From Thermodesulfobacteriota bacterium (GTDB lineage Bacteria > Desulfobacterota_D > UBA1144 > Nemesobacterales > UBA2774): a stretch of DNA of 64,000 nt. The stretch covers positions 2,720,001 through 2,784,000 of the forward strand of contig OZ244197.1 in the NCBI GenBank assembly GCA_965216785.1. The letters run 5' to 3'. Made by a program: the position numbers and the translations under genes. The notes under the pieces are model-generated. The model did not search any database and was not told the DNA's origin. It saw only the letters and a program-made list of their open reading frames with translations. This document shows, in pieces, positions 18,179-28,086 of this stretch (position 1 is the first letter of the stretch; every line of letters begins with the position of its first letter).

Positions 18179-18793
18179 ATGGCTGAGCTAGCGATCAACC
18201 CTATCCTTGATATTTCAGAAGTCTTTATTCCTATCGACACTGAAGAGCTCTTCGGAAATAGAAATAACTGCGCTCTAGAGGTTGGTTTCGGGGACGGAGA
18301 TTTTTTGATCGAGACTGCAGGGTTAAGACCGGATACTAACTTTATCGGCATAGAGATCAAAAAAAAGAGATTCAATAAAGCCGTTAAAAGAACCCGCAGG
18401 GGAAAAGTGCCTAACGTTAAATTCCTCCATATGGACGCTAACATAGCTTTGACTGAGGTATTTAAACCCGACACCTTCAATGAAATCTACATAAACTTCC
18501 CCGACCCCTGGCCCAAGGACAAGCATGAAAAGAACCGTATACTAAACACAGAGTTTTTGACAAAGCTTTCAGGAATCCTTATACAGAAAGGCCGCTTGGA
18601 AATAGCAAGCGACCACCGAAGTTACATTCAAGAGACGCTCGACACGTTCAAGCAATTGCCTCAATTTATTAATAGTTACCAGGGCCCAGGCTATCGGAAC
18701 AAATTGGAAGAGCGTATTGAGACTAAATTTGAGAAAGAATTCCGAGAAGAGGGAAGAGAAATTTATTACCTAATGTTTACAAACAGCAAATGA
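18179..18793 (+). CDS. trmB: tRNA (guanine-N7)-methyltransferase
   Basis: LEVGFGDG, NFPDPWPK, TKFEK. Confidence 0.95.
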   Translation: MAELAINPILDISEVFIPIDTEELFGNRNNCALEVGFGDGDFLIETAGLRPDTNFIGIEIKKKRFNKAVKRTRRGKVPNVKFLHMDANIALTEVFKPDTFNEIYINFPDPWPKDKHEKNRILNTEFLTKLSGILIQKGRLEIASDHRSYIQETLDTFKQLPQFINSYQGPGYRNKLEERIETKFEKEFREEGREIYYLMFTNSK

Positions 18794-18941
18794 TTCAAGA
18801 TAATATTTGTATAAAGCAAGCTGACATCCGTATAAAGATTGTGCTGTATAAACGGGTTAGAAGTAAGCCGGGTCGGGCTTAATAAGAGATAGCTTGAAAG
18901 ATAATATATAAATATAAATTCAGATTTGGAGGAGTATACTC

Positions 18942-19223
18942 ATGCATAGGACAACAGCTTTCATAGGAATAATACTCAGTTCATTAATGCTATCCGGCTG
19001 CGCAGGTGGAGGCTCAGGACCCGGTTATCTGTTTCAGATTATTTTTATAGTTCTTCCATTGGTAGGTCTTGGTCTCTTACTTTTAAAGAGGAGCGAAAGC
19101 ACTAACGACTCTTTATATATTTTGGAGGGGCAGCTTAAAAGACTTTCTGCCAAATTGGATAGTCTTGAGGAAAAGGTATCGGAGCTTACTCAGAAAGGAA
19201 CTAAGCCAAGAACGAAGAAGTAA
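18942..19223 (+). CDS. Small membrane lipoprotein with coiled coil
   Basis: LSGC lipobox, second TM helix, RBS GGAGGAG. Confidence 0.75.
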   Translation: MHRTTAFIGIILSSLMLSGCAGGGSGPGYLFQIIFIVLPLVGLGLLLLKRSESTNDSLYILEGQLKRLSAKLDSLEEKVSELTQKGTKPRTKK

Positions 19224-19246
19224 CAATACGCGTTAGATCAGCGCTT

Positions 19247-19849
19247 TTAATTGTTATCACCCTTTTTAATTTCCAAGCTGCCTTCGGAGTTTTCAAGGGC
19301 TTGCATCTGATACTCTATCGGAACGTGCCCCAGGTTGTTTGTAGCGTGTAGTACACCGTTTTCATCTTTCCACATAAAGAGCCCTCTCTTTACACCGGGA
19401 GTAAATCCCTCATTGCCGCTAGGACCGCTTGGAGGTGAGCTAAGCGCTTTAGAGCTCTCCTGAACACCGGGGTTCTTCTCTTTTTCTTTTTCTTTTTCTT
19501 TTTCTTCTTCTTCAGCTTTTTGTCTGGCTTTTTCCCTTTCCATTCTTTTTCTTTTGAGCTCGGCGTTTACATCAAGATTACTTCCCCGCTTCTCAGTTGT
19601 CCCGAGCGTGCCGACACCGTCTCTATAATCTATATCATCACTCCCCGACATGGTTGATAAATCAAAGTTATTCAAATCCTCTCTCGGTGTGACAATATAA
19701 TCGGGAAAATCAGGGGGTGGCTGTACTACGTCAGGAGTTTGCGCTGCTGGGGGAGATGCCGGAGAATCCTGAGCTTCTGAGCTTTGAGGTATGAATATCA
19801 AAAGACCGAAAAATATATACAGGACCGCTATATAAAGCTTTTCCATCAA
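19247..19849 (-). CDS. Secreted protein with DUF4124-like C-terminal motif
   Basis: Signal peptide; MWKDENGVLHATNNLGHVPIEY. Confidence 0.7.
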   Translation of the reverse strand: MMEKLYIAVLYIFFGLLIFIPQSSEAQDSPASPPAAQTPDVVQPPPDFPDYIVTPREDLNNFDLSTMSGSDDIDYRDGVGTLGTTEKRGSNLDVNAELKRKRMEREKARQKAEEEEKEKEKEKEKNPGVQESSKALSSPPSGPSGNEGFTPGVKRGLFMWKDENGVLHATNNLGHVPIEYQMQALENSEGSLEIKKGDNN

Positions 19850-19992
19850 ATTCCTCCGTATCTATTGCTTATTTTAAATATACACCTCTATATAAAAACG
19901 CACAACCGGGTATATTCTAGCATTTTTATTATTAAATTGCAATATTAAGTCTATAGTGTAAGCAGCTTAGATAATTGCATATTTATTGCCAA

Positions 19993-20541
19993 TCAAGTAC
20001 CGGAAGAAATATGGAGATGATACCAGTAAAACGCGGCTATAACTAAAGAGTGCGTAATCTGTCCCCGGGCCACTATTTTAGGGATGTCTGCTGCGGGGAG
20101 AGTATACGTTCGTATGTCTTCAGTATTATCAAACTCAGGCTCTTTTACTTTAACGGAAGATTCCGCCAAAAAGGTATAGCACTTATTATCTTGAATCGCC
20201 GGGTTGGGCACAACTTCACCTATACAAAGCCACTTTTGAGCCTCGTAACCAGTCTCTTCAAGAAGCTCCCTTCTGGCGGCTTCAAGCGGGGATTCGCCCG
20301 GGTCTATCATCCCTCCCGGAATCTCAACAGTCACGGAGCGGATACCATGTCGATACTGTTTAATCAATACAATTTCCTCCTCAGGCGTTAAAGCAACCAC
20401 GTTTATCCAATCAGGAGCCTCTATAACAAAAAAGTCATGCTCCCTGCCGGTAAGTGGAGACAGAGCTCTATCCTGTCTTACGGAAAAAACTCTGTTAGAT
20501 TCTATTTCGGTTGTCTTGAGGAGGTCCCATTTCTTAATCAT
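19993..20541 (-). CDS. NUDIX hydrolase (ADP-ribose pyrophosphatase-like)
   Basis: Nudix box GGMIDPGESPLEAARRELLEETG. Confidence 0.93.
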   Translation of the reverse strand: MIKKWDLLKTTEIESNRVFSVRQDRALSPLTGREHDFFVIEAPDWINVVALTPEEEIVLIKQYRHGIRSVTVEIPGGMIDPGESPLEAARRELLEETGYEAQKWLCIGEVVPNPAIQDNKCYTFLAESSVKVKEPEFDNTEDIRTYTLPAADIPKIVARGQITHSLVIAAFYWYHLHISSGT

Positions 20542-20584
20542 TGTCGTTTATTGTGCTGTAGTTTAAGATAGTTACATCGTATTA

Positions 20585-21337
20585 CTAATCTCTGATCACA
20601 ATCTGTTCTAACTGCTTCCGAGTGCTTTTTGAGTACCAAATATCTACAAATTCCGATATAGAGCCTTTTTCATTTTTCTCTATCCTCTTGTAAATTTCCG
20701 ATCGGAGCAGTTTCTTAACACTATTATAAACCTTCTTATCCCTTGCCCCGTATTCAAGAGCGACTTTGTTTACAGCGTTTCTGAAACTTCTTTGCGTTAC
20801 CGCTTCATCGACGAGCCCTAAAGACAAAGCTTCCTCAGCCGTATACATTTTCCCTGAATACAGCACCTTCTGCGCGTTACTACTTCCAACTCCGAACCTT
20901 AGATATTCCGCAACACTTGAAAATATGGTCGAACCGAAGGTCAGCTCGTTCATGGATATCTTTGCTTTACCCTTTACCATAACTCTGTAATCGCATGCGA
21001 GCGACAGAATACATCCTCCTGCGATAGTATGCCCGTTCAGTGCAGCGATTACAGGTTTAGGGTACATAAAAATCTGCTGCGTAAGCTTTGAGAACTTCCT
21101 GATATAGCGCTCAAACGCCTTTTTCTTATAATCCATGAACCCAGGTACATCAAACCCAAATGAGAAAAAGCTCCCCTGCCCCGTTAGTACTACGGCATTT
21201 ATACCCTTATCTTTAGAGAGCTTTCCGAAACACTCATACAGCTCATCGACCAGCTCTTCATTGAGTGCGTTGACCTTTGGCCTTACAATAGTCACGGTAA
21301 CTATATTGCCCTGAAGAGAAACATCTAAGTATTTCAT
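20585..21337 (-). CDS. Enoyl-CoA hydratase/isomerase family protein
   Basis: VNAL, FSFGFD, PKPVIAALNGHTIAGG, GLVDE. Confidence 0.92.
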   Translation of the reverse strand: MKYLDVSLQGNIVTVTIVRPKVNALNEELVDELYECFGKLSKDKGINAVVLTGQGSFFSFGFDVPGFMDYKKKAFERYIRKFSKLTQQIFMYPKPVIAALNGHTIAGGCILSLACDYRVMVKGKAKISMNELTFGSTIFSSVAEYLRFGVGSSNAQKVLYSGKMYTAEEALSLGLVDEAVTQRSFRNAVNKVALEYGARDKKVYNSVKKLLRSEIYKRIEKNEKGSISEFVDIWYSKSTRKQLEQIVIRD

Positions 21338-21512
21338 AAATACCCCCATATATATAATATAGCCTGTTAATAACATGAAAATTCAAGCTTAATACCAATA
21401 CACACATATACACTATACAAAATTGAGCAAATAAACACTATACAAAAGTGAATTTACGGTTAAAATTAAACTGCTTTGATGAGGAGCATACAACACACAG
21501 GAGGTCGATAAT

Positions 21513-21899
21513 ATGAAAAGTTTTACACTGCTTACAGCGGTACTAGTTCTACTTATAGGTATGGGTGTTAATACGGTTACAGCAGAGGAAAAGGGCGATG
21601 CCGCAAAGGGTAAAGAGCTGTATAATCAGTACTGCGTTTCCTGCCACGGAGCAGAGGGTAAAGGAGACGGAGTTGCCGCGCAGGCGCTCGATCCCAAACC
21701 AAGAGATCTGAGCGACGCAGCGTTTACCTCAACCGTTACTAACGAGCACCTCTATAAAGTAATAAGCGAGGGCGGTCCGGCTGTTGGTCTTTCGCCGCTT
21801 ATGGCAGCCTGGGGTGGTGCAATGAGTGAAGCGGATATATGGGACGTAATTGCTTTCATAAGACAAGACGTATGTAAGTGTAAGTATGAAAAGAAGTAA
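21513..21899 (+). CDS. Periplasmic monoheme cytochrome c
   Basis: Signal peptide, CVSCHG, PKPRDL, MAAWG. Confidence 0.92.
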   Translation: MKSFTLLTAVLVLLIGMGVNTVTAEEKGDAAKGKELYNQYCVSCHGAEGKGDGVAAQALDPKPRDLSDAAFTSTVTNEHLYKVISEGGPAVGLSPLMAAWGGAMSEADIWDVIAFIRQDVCKCKYEKK

Positions 21900-21993
21900 C
21901 CACTATATACTTCTTTAGTCTTAAGAGATAATATCGGCTTATGAATTCATGATATAAATACGGAGTGTAGGTATTCTATTAAAGGTTGAATAT

Positions 21994-22188
21994 ATGAGAT
22001 TAAACATAATAAGCTTTAAGTCTTATATCCCTATGATAATCCTGGCATCGGTATTATTTACAGGGTGCTCTTGGTTCTCACCTGGCACGGTGGAAGACCC
22101 GGGTGAGGCAGTAGGCGCTCCGACTGAACCGGAAGTAATAGAGGAAGGTTTTGAGGAAGGCTCGGATTATCCAGAGGAAGATTTTTAA
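21994..22188 (+). CDS. Small acidic lipoprotein
   Basis: FTGC lipobox, Glu-rich tail. Confidence 0.6.
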   Translation: MRLNIISFKSYIPMIILASVLFTGCSWFSPGTVEDPGEAVGAPTEPEVIEEGFEEGSDYPEEDF

Positions 22189-22271
22189 GTAAACAGCGGT
22201 TTCAGAATCTGAAAAAAGCCCACTTTTGAACATTATTTCTGAATGTTAATATTTTCTCGTTCAGACTTCAG

Positions 22272-22363
22272 GGAGAGGTGACCGAGCGGCCGAAGGTGCA
22301 CGCCTGGAAAGCGTGTAGGGGGTTTACGCTCCCTCGAGGGTTCGAATCCCTCCCTCTCCGCCA
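22272..22363 (+). tRNA. tRNA-Ser(GGA)
   Basis: GGAGAGG/CCTCTCC acceptor stem plus GCCA, anticodon loop CT-GGA-AA, long variable arm, GGTTCGAATCC. Confidence 0.97.
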
Positions 22364-22467
22364 GAGAATATAGCTAAAACACAAAGCGGACGACAAAGAT
22401 TTCAGTTATTATGATATAAGTATAAACTGTGTTTTAGATTTGAAGTTTTATGAAATGATATAAATTT

Positions 22468-22573
<106 letters not shown>

Positions 22574-22585
22574 TTTAGGTGCCAA

Positions 22586-24283
22586 ATGTCATACCTAGTC
22601 CTTGCCAGAAAATGGAGACCTAAAACCTTTGACGATATTGTCGGGCAGGACTACATTACACAAACACTTAAAAACGCGGTATCGAGCGGAAAGACAGCTC
22701 ACGCATTTATATTCTCGGGTCCAAGAGGAGTCGGGAAAACCTCAACGGCAAGAATTGTTGCCAAAGCCCTAAATTGCGAGAAAGGACCTACGCCCGATCC
22801 CTGCTCAGAGTGCACGTACTGCAAAGAAATCTCCGAGGGCAAGTCACTTGACGTAATAGAGATTGATGCCGCTTCGCATACCGGAGTAAATGACGTAAGG
22901 GAGATCATTGAGAATATTAAGTATCTTCCAACTTCAGGTAAGAATAAGATTTACATCATTGACGAAGCTCACATGCTCTCTCAATCGGCTTTTAACGCGC
23001 TGCTTAAAACTCTTGAAGAACCCCCTCCTCACGTATTGTTTATACTGGCAACAACCGAAGTGCATAAGATCCCCGTCACCATACTGTCCAGGTGTCAGAG
23101 ATATGATTTCAAGAAAGTCACGGTAGATGAAATCAGACAGCAGTTAAAAACCATAACCTCAAATGAAGGCGTTAATATTGATGACGAGACCCTTTACTTA
23201 ATCTCTCAGGAAGCGGACGGGAGCGTAAGAGATTCACTTAGCTTAATGGATCAGCTCATCGCCACATTTGGAAGTGATATTAAGCATGAAGAAGCCGTAT
23301 CCATACTTGGAATCCTGGACAAAGCTTTAATAAAATCTGTTCTTAAATCAATACTCGAGAATAATCCGAAGTCCTCAATTGAGAGCTTGAACAGCGCAAT
23401 TGAAAAAGGCATAAGCCCCCGGCGTTTCGCTGAGGATTTGCTTAAGACTCTTCGGTACTCGGTATTAGTTAAGACTTGCGGAAAATCCGTAGTATCCGAG
23501 CTTTCCGAAGAAGAAATAACCGATATTGAAAAACTTACATCAAAAGTAAACGTTGAGAGTTTAGAATCACTTTTCAATTTAATGCTTGAAGATGCGGAGA
23601 ATATTCAAAAGTCTTTTTATCCCCAAATGGCGCTTGAGCTAACTCTGATCAAACTATCTACGATGGAGCGGATAGTCTCTATAGAAGATATTATAAGTAA
23701 GATCGAATCTCTGAGCGGTTCTTCAAACCCGGGTTACGGAAAATCCGCGCGTATGGACGAGCACCGCGTGGATTATAAAAAAAAAGACGCCCCGGCTGAT
23801 ATAGAACACCAGCCAGCCAAAAAAGCGCAGGTTGTGAATGAAGAATCCGAGGCCCCTAAGCAGGGAGAACCTGAAGCCAAAAAGAATATGCCGGGGGAGA
23901 ATCAAAAAGGTGGTTTATTAAAGTTTATTAAGGGTAAAAAACGAATACTCGGCACAAGACTCGAGCAGGCAAATGAGATAGTAATCGAAGATTCCAGAAT
24001 TAGGATAATTTGTGATAAGGGATCGCCCGGGGCTCTATATCTAAAGAGACAAGAGTCTAAAGAGTCGATTAAGAATTTTAGCGGAGAATTCCTCGGCCGA
24101 GATATGAGAATAGATATAGAGGAAACCGACTCTCCGGGAAAGAAAGGTGTGGGGGATGAAAAACAGAGTAAGAATGTAAAAGAGCAAAAAGCTATAAACA
24201 AAAAAAAGATACATGATGATCCGATTGTTAAAGAGGCAGAGGAAATTTTCGGAGGCCGGGTCATAGATATAAAACCCAATTAA
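22586..24283 (+). CDS. dnaX: DNA polymerase III subunit gamma/tau
   Basis: LARKWRP, GPRGVGKT, Zn Cys cluster, IIDEAHML, SRCQ. Confidence 0.98.
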   Translation: MSYLVLARKWRPKTFDDIVGQDYITQTLKNAVSSGKTAHAFIFSGPRGVGKTSTARIVAKALNCEKGPTPDPCSECTYCKEISEGKSLDVIEIDAASHTGVNDVREIIENIKYLPTSGKNKIYIIDEAHMLSQSAFNALLKTLEEPPPHVLFILATTEVHKIPVTILSRCQRYDFKKVTVDEIRQQLKTITSNEGVNIDDETLYLISQEADGSVRDSLSLMDQLIATFGSDIKHEEAVSILGILDKALIKSVLKSILENNPKSSIESLNSAIEKGISPRRFAEDLLKTLRYSVLVKTCGKSVVSELSEEEITDIEKLTSKVNVESLESLFNLMLEDAENIQKSFYPQMALELTLIKLSTMERIVSIEDIISKIESLSGSSNPGYGKSARMDEHRVDYKKKDAPADIEHQPAKKAQVVNEESEAPKQGEPEAKKNMPGENQKGGLLKFIKGKKRILGTRLEQANEIVIEDSRIRIICDKGSPGALYLKRQESKESIKNFSGEFLGRDMRIDIEETDSPGKKGVGDEKQSKNVKEQKAINKKKIHDDPIVKEAEEIFGGRVIDIKPN

Positions 24284-24295
24284 AAGGAGTGAGCA

Positions 24296-24622
24296 ATGAA
24301 ACTAGGCGGCGGTAACATGAAGAACTTACTTAAACAGGCAAATAAGATGAAGGAGCAGATGGAAAAGCTCCAGCAAGAGGCCGGGGAAAAAACTGTCGAG
24401 GCTTCATCCGGCGGCGGCATGGTAACCGTGGTCGCCAAGGCTAAAGGCGAGGTCCTCTCTATAACCATAGAGCCCTCAATCGTGCAGGACGACGATCTGG
24501 AAATGCTCCAGGACCTAATCACAGCCGCTGTGAACGAAGCGCTGAACCGGGGACAGGATCTAATGAAAGACGAAGTTTCCAAGCTTGCCGGGGGCATGGG
24601 TCTTCCACCGGGTCTCATCTAA
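24296..24622 (+). CDS. ybaB: Nucleoid-associated protein YbaB/EbfC
   Basis: SGGGMVTV, DLEMLQDLITAAVNEA; lies between dnaX and recR. Confidence 0.95.
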   Translation: MKLGGGNMKNLLKQANKMKEQMEKLQQEAGEKTVEASSGGGMVTVVAKAKGEVLSITIEPSIVQDDDLEMLQDLITAAVNEALNRGQDLMKDEVSKLAGGMGLPPGLI

Positions 24623-24623
24623 A

Positions 24624-25229
24624 ATGAACCGTACAGGTCTTCCAGAGCCAATCTCAAAGCTTATAAACGAGCTGTCAAAACTTCCTGGCATTGGCGAGAA
24701 GAACGCAACCAGACTTGCTTTTCATATATTCAGAACGCAAAATTCTTATGCTGAAAACCTAGCCCGCGCTATAGTCGATACGAAGACCAAGGTAATTGTG
24801 TGCGGCACCTGCTTTAATTTCGCGTCAGAATCACCATGCAGAGTCTGTAAGGACACGCAAAGAGACCCGGATTCTATATGTGTAGTGGAAGAACCCTTGG
24901 ACCAGCTCGCGATAGAAAGGAGCAGGGAGTTCAAAGGCCGCTACCATGTGCTTAATGGCGTCATCTCACCAATAGAGGGAGTCGGCCCGGAGGACCTTAG
25001 GATTAAAGAACTCTTAGCAAGGGTTGAGCGGGAAGGCGTGAAAGAGGTGATAATAGCAACGAACCCGAGTGTCGAGGGTGAGGCTACGGCTCTTTATCTG
25101 GCAAAGCTTATTAAGCCTTTAGGGGTAGAGGTAAGCAGGATTGCTCACGGCGTGCCCATGGGAGGCGACATAGAATACATTGACGAAATAACATTAAGTA
25201 AAGCTATAAGGGATAGAAAGCATATATAA
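24624..25229 (+). CDS. recR: Recombination protein RecR
   Basis: LPGIGEKNA, C4 zinc finger, TOPRIM ATNPSVEGEATA. Confidence 0.97.
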   Translation: MNRTGLPEPISKLINELSKLPGIGEKNATRLAFHIFRTQNSYAENLARAIVDTKTKVIVCGTCFNFASESPCRVCKDTQRDPDSICVVEEPLDQLAIERSREFKGRYHVLNGVISPIEGVGPEDLRIKELLARVEREGVKEVIIATNPSVEGEATALYLAKLIKPLGVEVSRIAHGVPMGGDIEYIDEITLSKAIRDRKHI

Positions 25230-25262
25230 GATAGATACAAGAAAAGCGTACCGGAGGACAAT

Positions 25263-25709
25263 ATGCCTAGAATCGGAAGAGCTTTTAATGAACTCAGCGT
25301 AGGAGATAAATTCTCCGAGAGTATGACAATTACAGAAGCGCACGTCGTAAAGTCGGCGGGACTTTTTAACGACTACAACGCACTGCATACAAACGAGCGT
25401 GACATGCAGAATTCCAGATTCAAGAAAAGGATAGTGCACGGCGCTCTTACGTTTAGCCTCATGGTCGGAGTGTACAGCAAGGTATTCCATGACACAGACA
25501 TATCGACAGTCGAGGCATCAATAGAGTTCACGGCGCCTATATTTATCAATGACACAGTCACTATGGAGTGGGAAGTCACGGAGCTAGACGAGAAGAAAAA
25601 GCTAAACGGCGGACTGGTAGCGCTAAAGGGTGAGGTGAGAAACTCGGAAGGCACTGTAGCAGCTACACTTGGGGCCAAGATACTTGTAGGGAACGAAACA
25701 ATCTTTTAG
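25263..25709 (+). CDS. MaoC-like hot-dog dehydratase
   Basis: DYNALH, RIVHGAL, FTAPIFINDT. Confidence 0.9.
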   Translation: MPRIGRAFNELSVGDKFSESMTITEAHVVKSAGLFNDYNALHTNERDMQNSRFKKRIVHGALTFSLMVGVYSKVFHDTDISTVEASIEFTAPIFINDTVTMEWEVTELDEKKKLNGGLVALKGEVRNSEGTVAATLGAKILVGNETIF

Positions 25710-25729
25710 AGTCTTGTCCCAATAATGAG

Positions 25730-26761
25730 ATGAGCAACCGTAGACTATCCAAATCCCTTCTTCTCAAAACCGTTCTATCTATTGGGGCAATAGCTATTAC
25801 TTTTATTGTCATTGAGTTTGCGGGACGCTATCTATATTCCAAAGAAACAACTAAATCCACAACACTCGAGCTTATTGAGAGCACAAACAAACCGGGCGGG
25901 AACAGGTTAAGAATCAAGGCATGGAATGAAAGCTTTAAGGAAAGGGGAATCGACGTGCCTAAATCAGGCCCTAGAGACGGCAAAAACGGGAACAGGATAA
26001 CCCCGAACAGATGCATGGTAACAGAGTGTTCACACATACAAAACATACCGGGGATAATTGAAATAGACGAGTCAGGTTTTCAAAACACTGGAAAGAAAGA
26101 GGACGCCTCTCCTGATATTCTCATAATTGGGGGGAGCGTAGCCTGGGGCGCTGCCGCCTCAGACATAGAAAACACCTATTACACTAAGCTCTATAATTTA
26201 CTAAAAACACAGTACCCAAACACCGGAATTTCGGTGCTCGCGGGCGCGGGTTCAACGAGCGGCAAAGATTTATTCGCATTCGTTAATAAAGTACTCCATC
26301 ACAAGCCGGATATCGTAATATTTCTAAACGGTTTAAACGATATAACAGTAAATGAGCCCACCATAAAAAGAGCCGGAGATTATTTGCTTACAATGAAGAC
26401 CGCGGCTAAGATCGCGGAGCAAAACGGTATAGAGATGGTTGTTGTGAGGCAGCCCTACCCAGGCAACAAAAAGATTAAAACCGAGCTAGAGAAAATAATT
26501 TTGGAACTCAGTCACGAGGATTTTGAGAAAACCATGAACCCGCTCTACAATTATATCGGTGCGGGTCTGCAAAAGATTTCAGAGCAGGAGGAAATTTATT
26601 ACATCGACGCCGGAGGGTGCTTTGACGATGAATCCGCTACAACTTTTTCTGACCTGTGGCATTTTTCCGACCCCGGTCAGGAGCTTTTAGCCGGGTGTAT
26701 ATATGAGGGGCTTTTGCCTGTGCTTGAAGATTTTTATCCGGAATCTCAAAGTAAGCACTAA
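25730..26761 (+). CDS. Membrane-anchored SGNH/GDSL hydrolase
   Basis: GGSVAWG, GLND, DLWH. Confidence 0.82.
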   Translation: MSNRRLSKSLLLKTVLSIGAIAITFIVIEFAGRYLYSKETTKSTTLELIESTNKPGGNRLRIKAWNESFKERGIDVPKSGPRDGKNGNRITPNRCMVTECSHIQNIPGIIEIDESGFQNTGKKEDASPDILIIGGSVAWGAAASDIENTYYTKLYNLLKTQYPNTGISVLAGAGSTSGKDLFAFVNKVLHHKPDIVIFLNGLNDITVNEPTIKRAGDYLLTMKTAAKIAEQNGIEMVVVRQPYPGNKKIKTELEKIILELSHEDFEKTMNPLYNYIGAGLQKISEQEEIYYIDAGGCFDDESATTFSDLWHFSDPGQELLAGCIYEGLLPVLEDFYPESQSKH

Positions 26762-26766
26762 TTCTC

Positions 26767-26954
26767 TCACCCCAATCCTACAGATACTCCTGCACGCTTC
26801 GCGCACGCTTAGAGTGAGCGGGTTTTTATAACCTCCTTCCTCGATCCTTCCCCCTTTATATGGGGAAGAAATAATATGGATTCCTGATAAAGACATTCGG
26901 AAATGTAAAATTATTCACCCCCACCTTTAATCCTCCCCCATCAAGGGGGAGGAA
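26767..26954 (+). repeat. REP-like palindromic mosaic 1
   Basis: Contains TGGATTCCTGA..TCGGAAATG and the core TCACCCCCACCTTTAATCCTCCCCCATCAAGGGGGAGGA (26915-26954), nearly identical to 53006-53045. Confidence 0.8.
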
Positions 26955-26971
26955 ATGAAAAAAGGCAAAAG

Positions 26972-27014
26972 AAAACCCGTTCGTACTTTGATTTATTGAG
27001 CACGAACGGGTTTT
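26972..27014. terminator. Bidirectional hairpin between convergent genes
   Basis: AAAACCCGTTCGT..ACGAACGGGTTTT. Confidence 0.7.
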
Positions 27015-27037
27015 GTTTGTTGTTTATTAAAGAGTAC

Positions 27038-27964
27038 TTAAGCTTCGTAAGATTCGCCGCGGCGTCTAAGAACAAATAAAGCTGCTGCGAGAAAAGCTAC
27101 AGCAACAAGGATGAGCCCGTACTGTGAGAGCGTAGGGATATTGGAAATTTTGGGATTTCTTACCGCTAACGCATCTAACCCGTCAACTGTTACACCTATC
27201 AGATCAACTTGTCCGCTGTCAACGTCAATTGTCACGAGATAATAAGTGTATTCCAGCTCTTCATTATCCAGTACTCCATAAAAGATATTGTTAACCGTAT
27301 CTTTATCCATCGAAAGAATTAATGGGAAATCGTTCGCAGGAGGCGGTACAATGAGATTAGTTTTAAATGTAGCACCACCGTTTGTTTGATTTAACACATT
27401 TAGAGTAGGAAGGAGTTCAGTATTGGCGTTATAAAGCTCATCATTAATTGCTATACCGTTTCCGTCACCAATAAGTCCTGTAGGGCCAAGGTTTTGAATC
27501 AAACCGGTTTCGGGATTTAAAATAGCGAGAAAGTCATCTTCCTTTAAATCCACATAAGCGAATAAAGTTCCGTCTTCCCTAAACGAAATATCAACTATAA
27601 TCCCAAAGTCGCCGTCCTCAAATTGGAGCTCGGTAATTTCAGTGCCGTGCCCCGTAAAGGGATCAATGTCTAAAAGCACTTGATTATGGCTCATACCAAA
27701 ACATACAGCATACAACTTGTTTTTTAGCGGATGAAAATCAAGTCCTGTGCAATCGTGAGAACCTACCGGTCCTACAGGAGTAGCGAATCCTGTTTTATAG
27801 TCAATCTTATACAGCGTGCTTCCTGAAACACCGTTACGAGTTTCAGTAATTGACCTATCCATTCCTTCCGAGCCGTTTGAAATTCCGAAGATTTCAACTT
27901 CGGCAGCGTTCGTAATGCCGGCCTGGATGAGAAATATGCAAAAAACTATAAATAGTTTCTTCAT
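27038..27964 (-). CDS. IPTL-CTERM surface protein, beta-propeller-like
   Basis: Signal peptide; C-terminal IPTLSQYG + TM helix + RRR. Confidence 0.88.
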   Translation of the reverse strand: MKKLFIVFCIFLIQAGITNAAEVEIFGISNGSEGMDRSITETRNGVSGSTLYKIDYKTGFATPVGPVGSHDCTGLDFHPLKNKLYAVCFGMSHNQVLLDIDPFTGHGTEITELQFEDGDFGIIVDISFREDGTLFAYVDLKEDDFLAILNPETGLIQNLGPTGLIGDGNGIAINDELYNANTELLPTLNVLNQTNGGATFKTNLIVPPPANDFPLILSMDKDTVNNIFYGVLDNEELEYTYYLVTIDVDSGQVDLIGVTVDGLDALAVRNPKISNIPTLSQYGLILVAVAFLAAALFVLRRRGESYEA

Positions 27965-28036
27965 CTCAACATGCTCCTTTGATAAAAATTATATTTGATA
28001 TGACCAACGATAGTAGCTTATATAGATTTACGAGTC

Positions 28037-28066
28037 AAAAAAGGGCAAGCCGAAAACGGCCTGCCC
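28037..28066 (-). terminator. Intrinsic terminator
   Basis: GGGCAGGCCG-TTTT-CGGCTTGCCC followed by T6 on the minus strand. Confidence 0.75.
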
Positions 28067-28086
28067 CCTACCCTATTTCATTTAAT

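Noticed and set aside
19477-19512. (CTTTTT)n hexamer run
   Set aside because: Encodes an in-frame EKEKEK low-complexity linker; not a phase-variation tract
22272-22363. tRNA-Ser as an integration site for an island
   Set aside because: No integrase and no duplicated tRNA 3' end seen; the normal ffs-dnaX context follows
24200-24208. A AAA AAG slippery heptamer near the dnaX 3' end
   Set aside because: Only about 25 codons from the stop in a Lys-rich tail; it could not yield a gamma-sized product
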